From Rhizophagus irregularis (Eukaryota): a DNA stretch of 64,000 nucleotides. The position numbers were made by a program, and so were the translations under genes. Location of the stretch: assembly GCF_026210795.1 (NCBI RefSeq), contig NC_089432.1:3844001-3908000 (forward strand), written 5' to 3'. The stretch's first letter is position 1. Each line of letters begins with the position of its first letter. Shown piece after piece: positions 1 to 11,903 of this stretch. Below the pieces are notes generated by a model that had not been told where the DNA came from, made no database searches, and was given only the letters and a program-made list of their open reading frames with translations.

Positions 1-1163
1 TCGTTTCATTCATTCTAACGTCCGGAACCTACAAAATTAAAAGAAAGAAACGTTTAGTATCGTTTCTTTAAAAAAAATTAATAAAAATTGTTTCGCAACA
101 CAATGTTGCAAAACTTACCGGTTCGTTTCGAAGTTCATTATCCAAACGTCTGGAATCTACAAAAATTAAAAGAAAGAAACGTTTAGTATCGTTTCTTTAA
201 AAAAAAATAATTAAAAAAATAAGTTTCGCAATACAATATTGCGAAACTCACCGGTTCGTTTCAATTTCTATTATCCAAACGTCCGGAACCTACAAAAAGT
301 AAAAGAAACGTACGAAATAAAAGAAACGTACGTTAGTATCATTTCTTTAAAAAAAAACATAATTAAAATTAAGTTTCGCAACAATTGTTGCAAAACTTAC
401 CGGTTCGTTTCGAGTTTCAAACGTCTGGAACCTACAAAAAAAAAGAAAGAAACGTTAGTTAACGTTTCTTTTAATAAAAAAAATCAATAAATTAAGTTTC
501 GCAACGATTCGTTGCAAAACTCACCGGTTCATTTCATCCAAACGTCCGGAACCTACAAAAAGAAGGAAAGAAATGTTAGTTAACGTTTCTTTTAATAAAA
601 AAAAAATTTAACAAAAAAAAGAAAATATTACCTTTCTTCCAAAGTCCGGGTCGTAATTTCGTCTGGCGTTCCTACAAAAAGAAGAAAGGAAACGTTAGAA
701 ACGTTTCCTAAAAGAAATTAAAAAAAAGTAAGTTTTGAACATGAAACTTACCATTTCACTTTTCGAAGTTGAAGACCTACACAAAAGAAAAATAGGAAAC
801 GTTAGAAACGTTTCCTTACAAAAAAAGAATTAAAAAAATTTTTTTTAAAAAAGTTTCGAAGCGAACGCTTCAAAACTTACCATTTTCGTTTCCTCGTTTC
901 CTAAGTCAAAAATACCGAAAGACCTAAAAAAAAATAAAGGATCGTTAAAAACGATCCTTATAAAAGCAAAAAAAAAAAAAATTTATTTTAAAGTTTCAAA
1001 GCGAAACGCTTCGAAACTTACCATAATTTCAGTAGTCAAAACATCAAAAATCCTACAAAAAAGAAAGAAAGGAAACGTTAGAAACGTTTCCTTACAACAA
1101 AGAATTAAAAAAAAAATTTAAATTTAAAAAAGTTTCGAAGCGTTTCGCTTCGAAACTTACCAT
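1..1163 (-). other. Micro-exon array with stereotyped hairpin introns (gene of unknown function)
   Basis: Repeated CTTACC/CTCACC (minus-strand donor GGTRAG) and CCTACA followed by an A-rich tract (minus-strand polypyrimidine tract + TAG acceptor), period ~110-140 bp. Each intron carries AAGTTTCG..CGAAACTT-type and GAAACGTT..AACGTTTC palindromes. Confidence 0.65.
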
Positions 1164-1184
1164 TGTTTTTCTGAAAGACGGTTC

Positions 1185-1500
1185 CGGGAAGGGGAAAGAG
1201 AATGGGGAAGGAGTGGGAGGAAAAAGGGAAGGGGAAGGGTGGAAGAAGAGGAAGGGGAGAAGAGGAGAGAAAGAGGGAAGGGAAGAGAGAAAGAGGGAAG
1301 GGGAAGGCGAGAGAAAAAGGGAAGGGAAGGGAAAGGAGAAAGAGGGAAGGGAGGAAGGTGAAAGAAAGAGGGAAGGGGAAGGTGAAAGAAAGAGAAAGGG
1401 GAAGGGGAAAGGGGAAGGAAAGAAAGAAAGGAAGAAAGAAAGAGGAAAGGGGAAGGTGAAAGAAAGAGGGAAGGGGAAAGGCGAAAGAAAGAAGAGGTAA
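1185..1500. repeat. Polypurine (GGAAGG/GAAA) low-complexity tract
   Basis: Almost only G and A on the + strand. It may be a first exon (F/P/S/L-rich) of the minus-strand micro-exon gene, ending at the donor near 1160. Confidence 0.8.
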
Positions 1501-2928
1501 AGGCCGTGAGAAAAAAAAAATTAAGCTTTTGCTAAAAAAGCTTAATTTTTTTTTTCGTTATACCGCAGCTGAAGCTGCAGTAATTATTAAGTAATATCAC
1601 GTGACGCACGTGATATATAATTTTATATAAATAGGGCTTTCCCCCGCCCCGGAATTTTTTTTTTTATTTTAATAATTTTAAATAGATGTATATATATGCT
1701 TATATATACATATATATATATCTATTAACTAATACTTTACGAAAAGCCCTTCCTCTGTAAACAGGTAGAGGCCATAAAGTACCTATAGGGGGAGAGCCAT
1801 TGCTGCTTCCTCCACCTGTTTATAGTGATAAAAAGAGGGAGTCTTCAGTGGTAAGGTTTAGTACTAAATTAAACATCATAACACATCGTGTTGATACATT
1901 GTTTATATTAACAATGTGATTTAATGTTAAATAATTCATTTAGAATATAAATATTATAAATTTAATAATGTTTGTAATTTACAAATAAATAAAAATAAAA
2001 ATTAACAATTTTAATGTAATTAAGTGTAATGCTACGTTATCCAGTGTAATTGTAGTATTTTTTTTGTGTTTTTTAACGCAATTCCGCGTTTTTTAGTACA
2101 ATTCCGCATTTTTTAGTGCAATTCCACATTTTCTAGCATAATGTTACATTTTCCAGTATAATTTTCTAAAAAATATAATAATTGTGGTACTTTTTAGTGT
2201 AATGCTATATTGTCTAGTGTAATTGTAGTATTTTTTAGTGCAATGCCGCATAATTTAGTATAGTGCTATATTTTTTAGTATAATTTAATGTAATGTGGAA
2301 TTTTCCAAAAAATGTGATAATTGTGATGCTTTTTAGTGTAATTTGGTGAAATGCTACATTTTCCAGTGTAATGCCATATTATTGAGCATTTTCAAAAAAA
2401 AATGTAACATTTTAACATTCTGACGAAAGTGAAACATTTGACCAAAAAAACATAAAATTTGCTGAAAATATGCAACATTTGACAAAAAATATAGAATTTT
2501 CATAAAAAAATGCACCATTTGCTAGGAAATCGTAATATTTGACAAAATTAGATTTTAATTGACAATGTTATAACAATTTTATGAAATGTTGTTACAATGA
2601 TATCACATTGGAGATAAAATGTGGCATTTTCATAAAAATGCACCATTTGCAAGAAAATTGGAACATTTGACAAAAAAAAAGCAAAATTTGATTTAATTGA
2701 CAATGTTATAACAATGTTACGAAACGTTACATTTGAGATATAATGTAGCATTTTCCCAAAATTTCATAAAATTTATAAAATTTGCTAAATCGGACAATGT
2801 TGTAACAATGCTATTCCAAAAAATTGCTCAGCGTAATGCAGCATTTTCCACAATTTCCCACCATTTTCCAGGAAAATGGGGAATTTGCATTTTTTGAATT
2901 TTAGACAATGGTGCTCCTTCGACCTGTG

Positions 2929-4386
2929 ACTGCGCATTTTATCAATCTTCCGGATAAATGTTCAGAAGTTCAGTCTAATCCCACTCCTTCCCAAAAAGTT
3001 TGAAATTGATCAATAATTGGTGCCAAGTAATGATTTATCTGATGTAGGCTTGGTTCATTAGGGCCTGGCATTAATCCTAAAATGAGCATATTTTCGGATT
3101 TAAAGCGCAATTCTCTTGGGAGATTGCAAATAGCTCCATATATAGCACCAGAACTATGAATTGTCCTTTCAAATGGCTGAAACCAATCGACGTTAATCAT
3201 AATACCCAAATGATCATCTGCATGTTCTTTATTAAAAAATCTTTGTTCGTCAGATTCATCATCCACTATTATTCCACTATTTGAGAAATTCTTCCAAATT
3301 TCACCATCATATACATCACATAAGACTCGGTCGTTGACGCTTCTATCGGCCCATAATTTAAGATTTTTTTCAAAGTTTGGCCTTTGATACATTTGTAAAA
3401 GTTGCTCTTTTATACTGGACATCTGATAAATTAATAATGGCGCATTAACGACTTTACCATCGTCTAGTTCTTTTTGTTCTGATAATGAAGCATTGCATTG
3501 TCGAAGTGAACGATGATTTGGAAATTGTACATGACCACATTTTTTTATTGCTTTGTGTTGTTAGATTATGTGTTGTTTAACATCATCTATATTATGTAAT
3601 TTGTGACATGAAGGATATACGAAAAATTTGACAAATTGATGCTTCAATCCTAATTTCTTTCTTGCAGTATACAACGAAGTAGGAAAATCTTTAAAACGAT
3701 CGTAATTAAAATTTGTTAAAATATGTTTGATGAATTTAATTAATGTATCGATTGCGGTATCTGCTAGTCGAAACCTAGTTTGATACCTCAAAACAAACAC
3801 AATTATCCAATCTTCAATATTTTGCAGATTTTCATTAATATTGTTTGGAAAATCATAATTCGGTGGAGAGTAATCTTCAAAAATGTTGGTTTCTTCGCCA
3901 TTATCATCCCCATCATCCCCATTATCGCTATCATCCCCATCATCGTTATCATCCTCATCATCCCCATTATCATTATCATCCCCATCATCCCCATCATCAT
4001 TATCATCGCTATCATCCCCATCATCGCTATCGCCATAATTATCAGTTTCTTCGTTACTGTCATTGTTATTATCACTGTCATTTATATTTTGCATTTGAGT
4101 GTCATGCTCCAAATAAGTATTATACCTGCTTCGTTTTCTCCTTTTCGAAAAAATGTTGACAAATTTTCTGATGATGATGTGCTTTCTTGAGGGTCGATAA
4201 AGATTTCTTCATTAATGAATGACGATCCAATACTCATTGGGTCTTTGAAGTAGTTGCATCATCAAGACTTAGACTTATTTAATGTTTTTGTTTAGTTCTT
4301 GGATCAACATACTTTCCGTTGCATTTATTACAATAACATTTTTCTTTAGTTCTTGTTTTAACGCGTCTTTCATTAACATTCATCAT
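2929..4386 (-). pseudogene. CACTA/EnSpm (Transposase_21/Tnp2-like) transposase, 5' half, disrupted
   Basis: N-terminal CYCNKC, an acidic tract, then DVYDGEIWKNF...INVDWFQPF...GAIYGAICNLPRELRF...ILGLMPGPNEP...INHYLAPIID, the hallmark Tnp2 block. Several in-frame stops; truncated by the insertion ending at 2928. Confidence 0.85.
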
Positions 4387-5194
4387 TTTTTCAAATTTTG
4401 ATTTAATTTTACAAAATGTGAATTTAACCAAAATACCAGCATTTCGCTGTAATAAATAATCAGACGATACATTTTTATTTTTTTTGAATATCAATACATC
4501 AATTGTATATACATTTTTATTTTTTTTCGAGCTTCAATACATCAATTGTATATTTTTTTCAAACATCAATACATCAATTGTAGATCAATACATAATCGAA
4601 AGTGAATATGTTACATTTTAACAGATCTACAATAAAATTTAACTTTCAGTATACTCCTTGTTTAACTTTTTATAGCCAAATTATTCTTAATTATATACTT
4701 AAATATATCAGCGATAACAATAAATTTAACTTTCAGTATACTCCTCGTAACCTTGTTTGATTAAATTTATATATTAAATTCCAAATTATTCTTAATTATA
4801 TTCTTAATATACTTAGCGATTGGCTAACTAATTCCAAAATTAGCGATGACCAAAATAGAACAATTCAAATCATTTAACTATTTAACTATTTTCCAAAATC
4901 AGCGATGACCAAAATAGAATAATTCAAAAATTATTTAATTATTTCAAACAATTACACGAAGAAAACATTTAATTGGAATAAATATATAAAGAGTGATTTT
5001 TTTTTTTACAATACAAACGTCGATTTTGCAATTTTGTTCCTTTATATTAAAATTGTTTTTACAATTTTCAAATTATTTTATTTTTGTTCCTTTCTAATTT
5101 TTTTTTTACTTAACTCTTTTTTTACTTTACGTTTCTTCAATTTTACGTTCGTTCCTTCCACATTTCTAGCTTTTACTTCATTTCTTTTCTGATA

Positions 5195-7336
5195 ATGACC
5201 AAAAAAAGAAGTTTGTTAACGCGTCGTACTCGTACACTACATTCTCCTTTATCCATCAATGCTTCTCATGATGGACAGGGTATTCGGACAGTTCGCTCTT
5301 TATCACACTTAAATTCAGCTGAATCCATCGACCAAATACACAATCGTAATCGATTAAATAGGTCATCAAGTCTGGATACTGAAGGTATAATTTACGTTTT
5401 GGCAGATAATTTGGCAGATCATTCGAAATTTTGATTAAATAGCAAACTTAATTTAAAAATTACTATTTTTTTTGTACATTAAGAACGTATTTCACGACTT
5501 GAACGGGAAATGTCGTCAATTCAAGAACAAATGTCCACTGGGTTTGGGCAAATAACGAGAATGCTGGAGCGTTCTCTGAACTCACAAGAACGTTCACGAC
5601 AAAATTGACAAATAGAATATATTCAGGTTGATGATGACGATGACGAAGATGAACTTGATAAACAAGACAATGAGGAATATATCCCTGAAAAAGATCTACA
5701 TTCGTTGTAAGAGACAGCACAAAAACAATATAATAAGAAGCATCGAAAAGAAATAAAAGTTTGTTTTGGTATATTTTTATTATTTATGTGACGTTTAAAC
5801 TCATTAATTTTATCAATTTTCATTTTATAGAACGAAATTAAAATTCTAATTCATAGCGCAAAAATCGATAAAATTCCCATCGATTATATGAAGAAGTTTG
5901 GCGAGATTGCACCACAAATGGAAAAGGATCTGATCCCCCGTATCCAATCACTTCTTGAATAACGTGGTATTTGTGCAACATTAAGTATAGTTCGGGATGT
6001 GTTCTCGGATTTGCATAAAAATGGCCGACGTAAATGGAAAGAAAGCCAGCTTAACGAGGCAGAAATAAAACAATAAAAAAATAATAAGCCATATAATCAA
6101 CCGTTTATCAGAAGTAAGTTAATCAAGTTCCAAATTTTTAGGTTATATTGAAAATTAATAATAGTTATTTTAATTTCAGAAACGGGAACGAAATATGAAG
6201 GGCGCATTAGCCATGAAGAATCACCCCAATTATCAAAAATCTTTTAAAAAACGTGGGATCAAGGATATTAATGAAATATTAAACAAGAACGAATACCACT
6301 TTCCTAAAGAGAGTGATCCGGAGAATGATCCAAACGCATCCACAGACCGCAAAAACCTTTTTGTTTACAAATTATCATGGAGATCTGATGAAGTAAGTCA
6401 GACAATTCATTTTGTTTATGCGCAGTGACACTAAAATGTCTTTATCAATACGTGATTGGTGCTTCTGGTTTTGCCAAATCTCGACATATCAATTTCCTTG
6501 CATGCTTTCGAATTTTGGAAAAATGCCAAACCTCAAAAACAACAGAAGTTTATCTATTTCTAATACACGTTTATTTTTAGTTAACGAACCTTCTACATTC
6601 AATTGACGAGTACATGGAAAAATATTTTCCAGAAAATAAGAGAGTACGTCCTCGTATCCTTAAAGATGAATTTTGGAAAAATAAGAAAGCACCACCAAAT
6701 TTAATTTGGTGGACACTTAAAGACGGAAAGCGAGAATCTCCCTCAGTCCATAAATCTATTGACGAAAAATCAGATGATGAGTCGGAATCGGAGAGCAAAG
6801 AGGAGGAACAAAGTCAACAAAGTTAACAAAGTCAACAAAGTTATGGTAATTGAGTATTACTGTTCTCTTTTTTTTTATGGAACGGAATTTTTAGAAAATT
6901 TTTTAAATTTTTCTTTTAAGGTCTCAACGTCGATAAATTAGATATAAATGCTGAATCTGATGAAGAAGAAGAGGGTGAGGATGAGGCAAACGAGCTGGAG
7001 CAAGAGGAAACGTTATTATCACAGACATCGGGACGACGATCAAACAAACGATCTAAACAATCCTCCAAAACCCCACCATTATCACTGCAAAAACCCCCAT
7101 CATCACGGAAAACTTCTCAACAAACACGATCATCAAAAAGAATTTCAAAAAATAAAAAATCCACAAACAAAAACAACGAAGCACTTGATGAATTGCAGGA
7201 AGTTATTGACAACATGCATGATCAATCGAAAAAAACAAATAAAAAATCATCATCCAAACCATCGTCCCAAGAACAGGAACATATTCATGATAATGTTCCT
7301 AAGAGAACCTCAAAAGAAAAAGAAAAAGAACAGTAA
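5195..7336 (+). pseudogene. Multi-exon partner (TnpA-position) gene of the CACTA element, degraded
   Basis: Exon-like ORF pieces (5195-5384, ~6180-6391, 6581-6845, 6921-7336) bounded by GT..AG introns, with a YKLSWRSDE motif and an acidic/basic low-complexity tail. Contains in-frame stops. Confidence 0.55.
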
Positions 7337-7439
7337 GGGTGTAGGAAGAATATGTAGGGATATTAATGGATTATATAATAAATATCAAAATATATGTAAT
7401 ATTTTTGACAATTTTTATTTCAAATTTGGTAAATTTGGC

Positions 7440-8760
7440 GTCATTACTAAAAATTTACCTAAATTCAGCACAATTTGCATTACGTTTGCATAACATTACT
7501 AAAAATTTAACTAAATTCACCACAATTTGCACTTCGTTTACATAAAATTACTAAAAATTTAACTAAATTCATTACGATTTGCATTACGTTTACATAAAAT
7601 TACTAAAAATTTGACTAAATTCACCACAATTTGCATTACGTTTACATAAAATTACTAAAAATTTAACTAAATTAACCACAATTTGCATTACGTTTACATA
7701 AAATTACTAAAAATTTAACTAAATTCACCACAATTTGCATTATGTTTGCATAACATTACTAAAAATTTAACTAAATTCACCACAATTTGCATTATGTTTA
7801 CATAACATTACTAAAAATTTAACTAAATTCACCACAATTTGCATTACGTTCACATAATATTACTAAAAATTTAACTAAATTCACCACAATTTGCATTATG
7901 TTTGCATAACATTACTAAAAATTTAACTAAATTCACCACAATTTGCATTATGTTTACATAACATTACTAAAAATTTAACTAAATTCACCACAATTTGCAT
8001 TACGTTCACATAATATTACTAAAAATTTAACTAAATTCACCACAATTTGCACTTCATTTACATAACATTACTAAAAATTTAACTAAATTTACCACAATTT
8101 GCACTTCGTTTACATAACATTACTAAAAATTTAACTAAATTCACCACAATTTGCACTTCGTTTACATAACATTACTAAAAATTTAACTAAATTCACCACA
8201 ATTTGCATTACATTTGCATAACATTACTAAAAATTTAACTAAATTCACCACAATTTGCACTTCGTTTACATAACATTACTAAAAATTTAACTAAATTCAC
8301 CACAATTTGCATTACGTTTACATAAAATTACTAAAAATTTAACTAAATTCACCACAATTTGCACTTCGTTTACATAACATTACTAAAAATTTAACTAAAT
8401 TCACCACAATTTGCATTACGTTTGCATAAAATTACTAAAAATTTGACTAAATTCACCACAATTTGCATTATGTTTACATAAAATTACTAAAAATTTAACT
8501 AAATTCACCACAATTTGCACTTCGTTTACATAACATTACTAAAAATTTAACTAAATTCACCAAAATTTGCATTACGTTTACATAACATTACTAAAAATTT
8601 AACTAAATTCACCACAATTTGCATTACGTTTACATAAAATTACTAAAAATTTAACTAAATTCACCACAATTTGCATTACGTTTACATAAAATTACTAAAA
8701 ATTTAACTAAATTCACCACAATTTGCACTTCGTTTGCATATCATTACTAAAGATTTGCCT
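7440..8760. repeat. Tandem array of ~25 x 52-bp units (subterminal repeat)
   Basis: Unit AAATTCACCACAATTTGCATTACGTTTACATAAAATTACTAAAAATTTAACT; starts at 7513 and 7565 give a 52-bp period. Confidence 0.95.
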
Positions 8761-8989
8761 AAAATTTCCCACAATTTAATGATAATTTACTGAAAAATTT
8801 CTCAACATTTGAATTAGGAATTCTGTAGGAATTCCGCCATTTTGACAAAATTTGCCAAATTGTAAGACCTCCATTATCCCAAAATTGTAACACAATTTAC
8901 CCCAATTTATCAGGATAATTCTCAATTTGCCAGAAAAATTCCAGGCAAATTTTGCGACAATGACATCTGTTCGACCTGTGCTATATCTT

Positions 8990-10690
8990 CTTTTTTTATA
9001 GAATTTTCGGCGTATTCAACTTGGAAAACGAAACTTTTTTAAAAAAATAGTTTAATTTTCTATTTTTAGGAAACATTACTAACGTTTCCAATAATTCTTT
9101 TTTTTATAGGTTTTTTTGGCGTACTCGACTTAGAAAAACGAAAGGGTAAGTTTCGAGGCGTTCGCCTCGAAACTTTTTTTTCTAAATTGTTTTAGAAAAC
9201 ATACTGATGTTTCCTTTCTTTTTTTATAGAATTTTCAGTGTTTTGGCTTTGGGAAATGAGAAACCGAAGGGTAAGTTTTGAAGCATTTCGCTTCAAAACT
9301 TTTAATTTTTTTTTTAATTTTTTGTAAGGAAACGTTTCTAAGTTTCCTTTTTCTTTTTGTAGGAACGCTGGACGTTTGGATGATGGAATCGAAACGAACT
9401 GGTAAGTTTCGCAACGTTGCGTTGTGAAACTTAATTTTATTAAATTTTTTTTTTAAGAAACGTTAGCTAACGTTTCTTCTTTTTTTTGTAGATACACTCT
9501 GGATTCCTTCCGATATTGGATAGTTAGGTTTCAAAGTTTCGTTTCGAAACTTCGATTTTTTTTTTATTTTTAAAAGGAACGTTACTAAATACTAACATTC
9601 TTTATTCTTTTTTGTAGGTTCCAGTGCTCCAGGATTCTGAAACGGGCAAAATGTAAGTTTCGTTTAATGAGCTTAACGAAACATTATATATATTTTTTTT
9701 TAATTAAGAAACGTTCTAACGTTTCTTTTACTTTTTGTTGTAGGTTCTGGTGCTGCTCCAGGATAAATGTAAGTTTCATTTAACGAAACTTAATATATTT
9801 TGTTTTTTTAATTAAGAAACGTTCTAACGTTTCTTTTAACTTTTTTTTGTAGGTTCCGGTACTCTAAGATTCTGAAACGTCAACATGTAAGTTTCGTTTT
9901 AGCGAAACTTAATCTATTTTGTTTTTTTTTAATTAAGAAACGTTCTAACATTTCTTTTACTTTTCTTTTCTTGTAGGTCTCCAAGTCGGGTATCATTGGA
10001 AAGTGATAACGGTAAGTTTCGCAACGAAACTTGAAAGTGATAACGGTAAGTTTCGTAATGAAACTTACTGTGTTTTATTTGTTTTTTTATTATTAGAAAC
10101 GTTTTTTAACGTTTCTTTTCTATTTTTTTTTGTAGGTTCGAGCTGGATACTTGACTTTGGTAAGTTTCGCAACAAAAATGTTGCGAGATTTTAATTTTTT
10201 TTTTATTAATTTTTTTAAGAAACGTTCTAACGTTTTTCTCTTTTTTTGTAGATATCAGTTCTTCAATTTTGGGAGTCTGATCGATCTGGAACTCCCTCTC
10301 CTCCAGCTTCGATCTTGGGTTTGATAACGTGTAGGTTTCGAAGTATAACTTTGAAACTTCAGTTTAAATGGTGAGTTTCGTGACAAATATCACGAAACAA
10401 TTTTTTTTTTTGATTTTTTTATTAGAAACCGTTTACTAACGTTTCTTTTCTTTTTTGTAGGTTTGGGGATATTTGGGAAGCTTTGTTGAATAGAAGCCAT
10501 TACTTTCCGTTCAGGTATTGGATATGGCTTCCGAAATGGTAAGTTTCATACGTTTCGTTACGAAACTTCTGTTTTATCTTTAAGAAACATTCTAACTGAA
10601 TGGTTTTCTTTTTTTGTAGGTTATTGTAACAAGATATTAGTCCTTTTGTTCCTTGCTTGATGAGTTTCGAAGATTTAACCTTCAAAACTT
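8990..10690 (+). other. Micro-exon array with stereotyped hairpin introns, homologous to 1-1163
   Basis: About 13 repeats of TTTTTGTAG|exon 27-120 nt|GTAAGTTTCG...CGAAACTT...AAACGTTCTAACGTTTC. Exon text such as GGACGTTTGGAT...GAAACGAAC is shared with the minus-strand array. Confidence 0.7.
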
Positions 10691-11084
10691 TTTTTTTTTT
10701 TGATGTTTGTTTTATTGTACTTAATTACACGTTATAATTGAATAATTAGATAAATTGTTAATAAAATTAGAATCAATAAATTGTTATAAAATTAGAATCA
10801 ATAAATTGTTATAAAATTTGCATAAAATTACACAAAATTGTTGCTTAATTATCACTCAATTGTCAGAAATTGTCTTAAAAATATTGCATTTGCACTCAAT
10901 TGTCCAAAAATTGTCAAACCATTGTCACTCAATTGTCTAAAATTGTTGAAATTTTTCTAGCATTTGAAAGTTAAATTTTGGTAAAATGGTCCATTTTTCC
11001 AAAATTTGACAAAAAAATGCACAATTTACCAAAATTTTTCTGGTAAATTGTGCAACAATGGAAAATTTTTATTTCAAATTTGCA

Positions 11085-11690
11085 ATTTACGTATCATTAC
11101 AAAAAATTCACCACAATTTACATTACGTTTGCATAAAATTACTAAAAATTTGACTAAATTCATCACAATTTGCATTACGTTTGCATAAAATTACTAAAAA
11201 TTTAACTAAATTCACCACAATTTGCATTACGTTTGCATAACATTAACTAAATTCACCACAATTTGCATTACGTTTGCATAAAATTACTAAAAATTTGACT
11301 AAATTCACCACAATTTGCATTATGTTTGCATAACATTAACTAAATTCACCACAATTTGCATTACGTTTGCATAAAATTACTAAAAATTTGACTAAATTCA
11401 CCACAATTTGCATTACGTTTGCATAACATTAACTAAATTTACCACAATTTGCATTACATTTGCATAAAATTACTAAAAATTTGATTAAATTCACCACAAT
11501 TTGCATTATGTTTGCATAACATTAACTAAATTCACCACAATTTGCATTATGTTTGCATAAAATTACTAAAAATTTGACTAAATTCACCACAATTTACATT
11601 ACGTTTGCATAAAATTACTAAAAATTTAACTAAATTCACCACAATTTACACTTCGTTTGCATAACATTACTAAAAATTTGCCTAAAATTT
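11085..11690. repeat. Subterminal array of the same 52-bp family, with alternating 41/52-bp units
   Basis: Unit starts at 11208, 11249, 11301, 11342, 11394, 11435, 11487, 11528 and 11580. Confidence 0.9.
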
Positions 11691-11903
11691 CCCACAATTT
11701 AATGATAATTTACTGAAAAATTTCTCAACATTTGAATTAGAAATTCTGTAAGAATTCCGCCATTTTGATAAAATTTGCCAAATTGTAAGTCTTCCATTAT
11801 CCCAAAATTGTAACACAATTTACTCCAATTTACTGGGATAATTCTCAATTTGCCAGAAAAATTCCAGGCAAATTTTGCGACAATGACATCTGTTCGACCT
11901 GTG

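Larger units (their letters stand above)
1..2928. mobile_element. Right part of a CACAG-terminated (CACTA/CMC-type) element, inserted into the transposase gene at 2929-4386
   Basis: TTCGACCTGTG at 2918-2928 (reverse complement CACAGGTCGAA) is the same terminus as at 8980, 11903 and both ends of the 42025-42517 MITE. It is preceded by degenerate subterminal repeats (~2030-2880). The transposase reading (...SGRLIKCAV) stops abruptly at this point. The left end is outside the window. Confidence 0.75.
2929..8980. mobile_element. CACAG-terminated CACTA-type transposon (right portion): transposase, divergent partner gene and subterminal repeats
   Basis: Terminus TTCGACCTGTG ends at 8980. The 52-bp subterminal array precedes it. 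The two genes are head-to-head. Confidence 0.8.
8981..11903. mobile_element. Right portion of a third CACAG-terminated element, carrying a micro-exon array
   Basis: The last ~250 bp (to 11903) are nearly identical to 8730-8980, including GACATCTGTTCGACCTGTG. It abuts non-LTR coding sequence at 11904. Confidence 0.8.

Noticed and set aside
1202..1500. Lys/Glu/Gly/Arg-rich + strand ORFs
   Set aside because: By-products of a stop-free polypurine tract.
3780..4190. Ile-rich, His-rich and Met-rich ORFs (likewise 48668-48980 and 41455-41748)
   Set aside because: Shadow frames of acidic low-complexity tracts in the transposase genes.
7440..8760. CRISPR-like appearance of the regular repeat array
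   Set aside because: Units are contiguous with no unique spacers, the context is eukaryotic, and the array is subterminal to a transposon end.
8990..10690. Palindromic repeats with variable spacers as a CRISPR array
   Set aside because: The repeats are degenerate and bounded by GT..AG splice signals with branch points; no cas-like ORFs are present.
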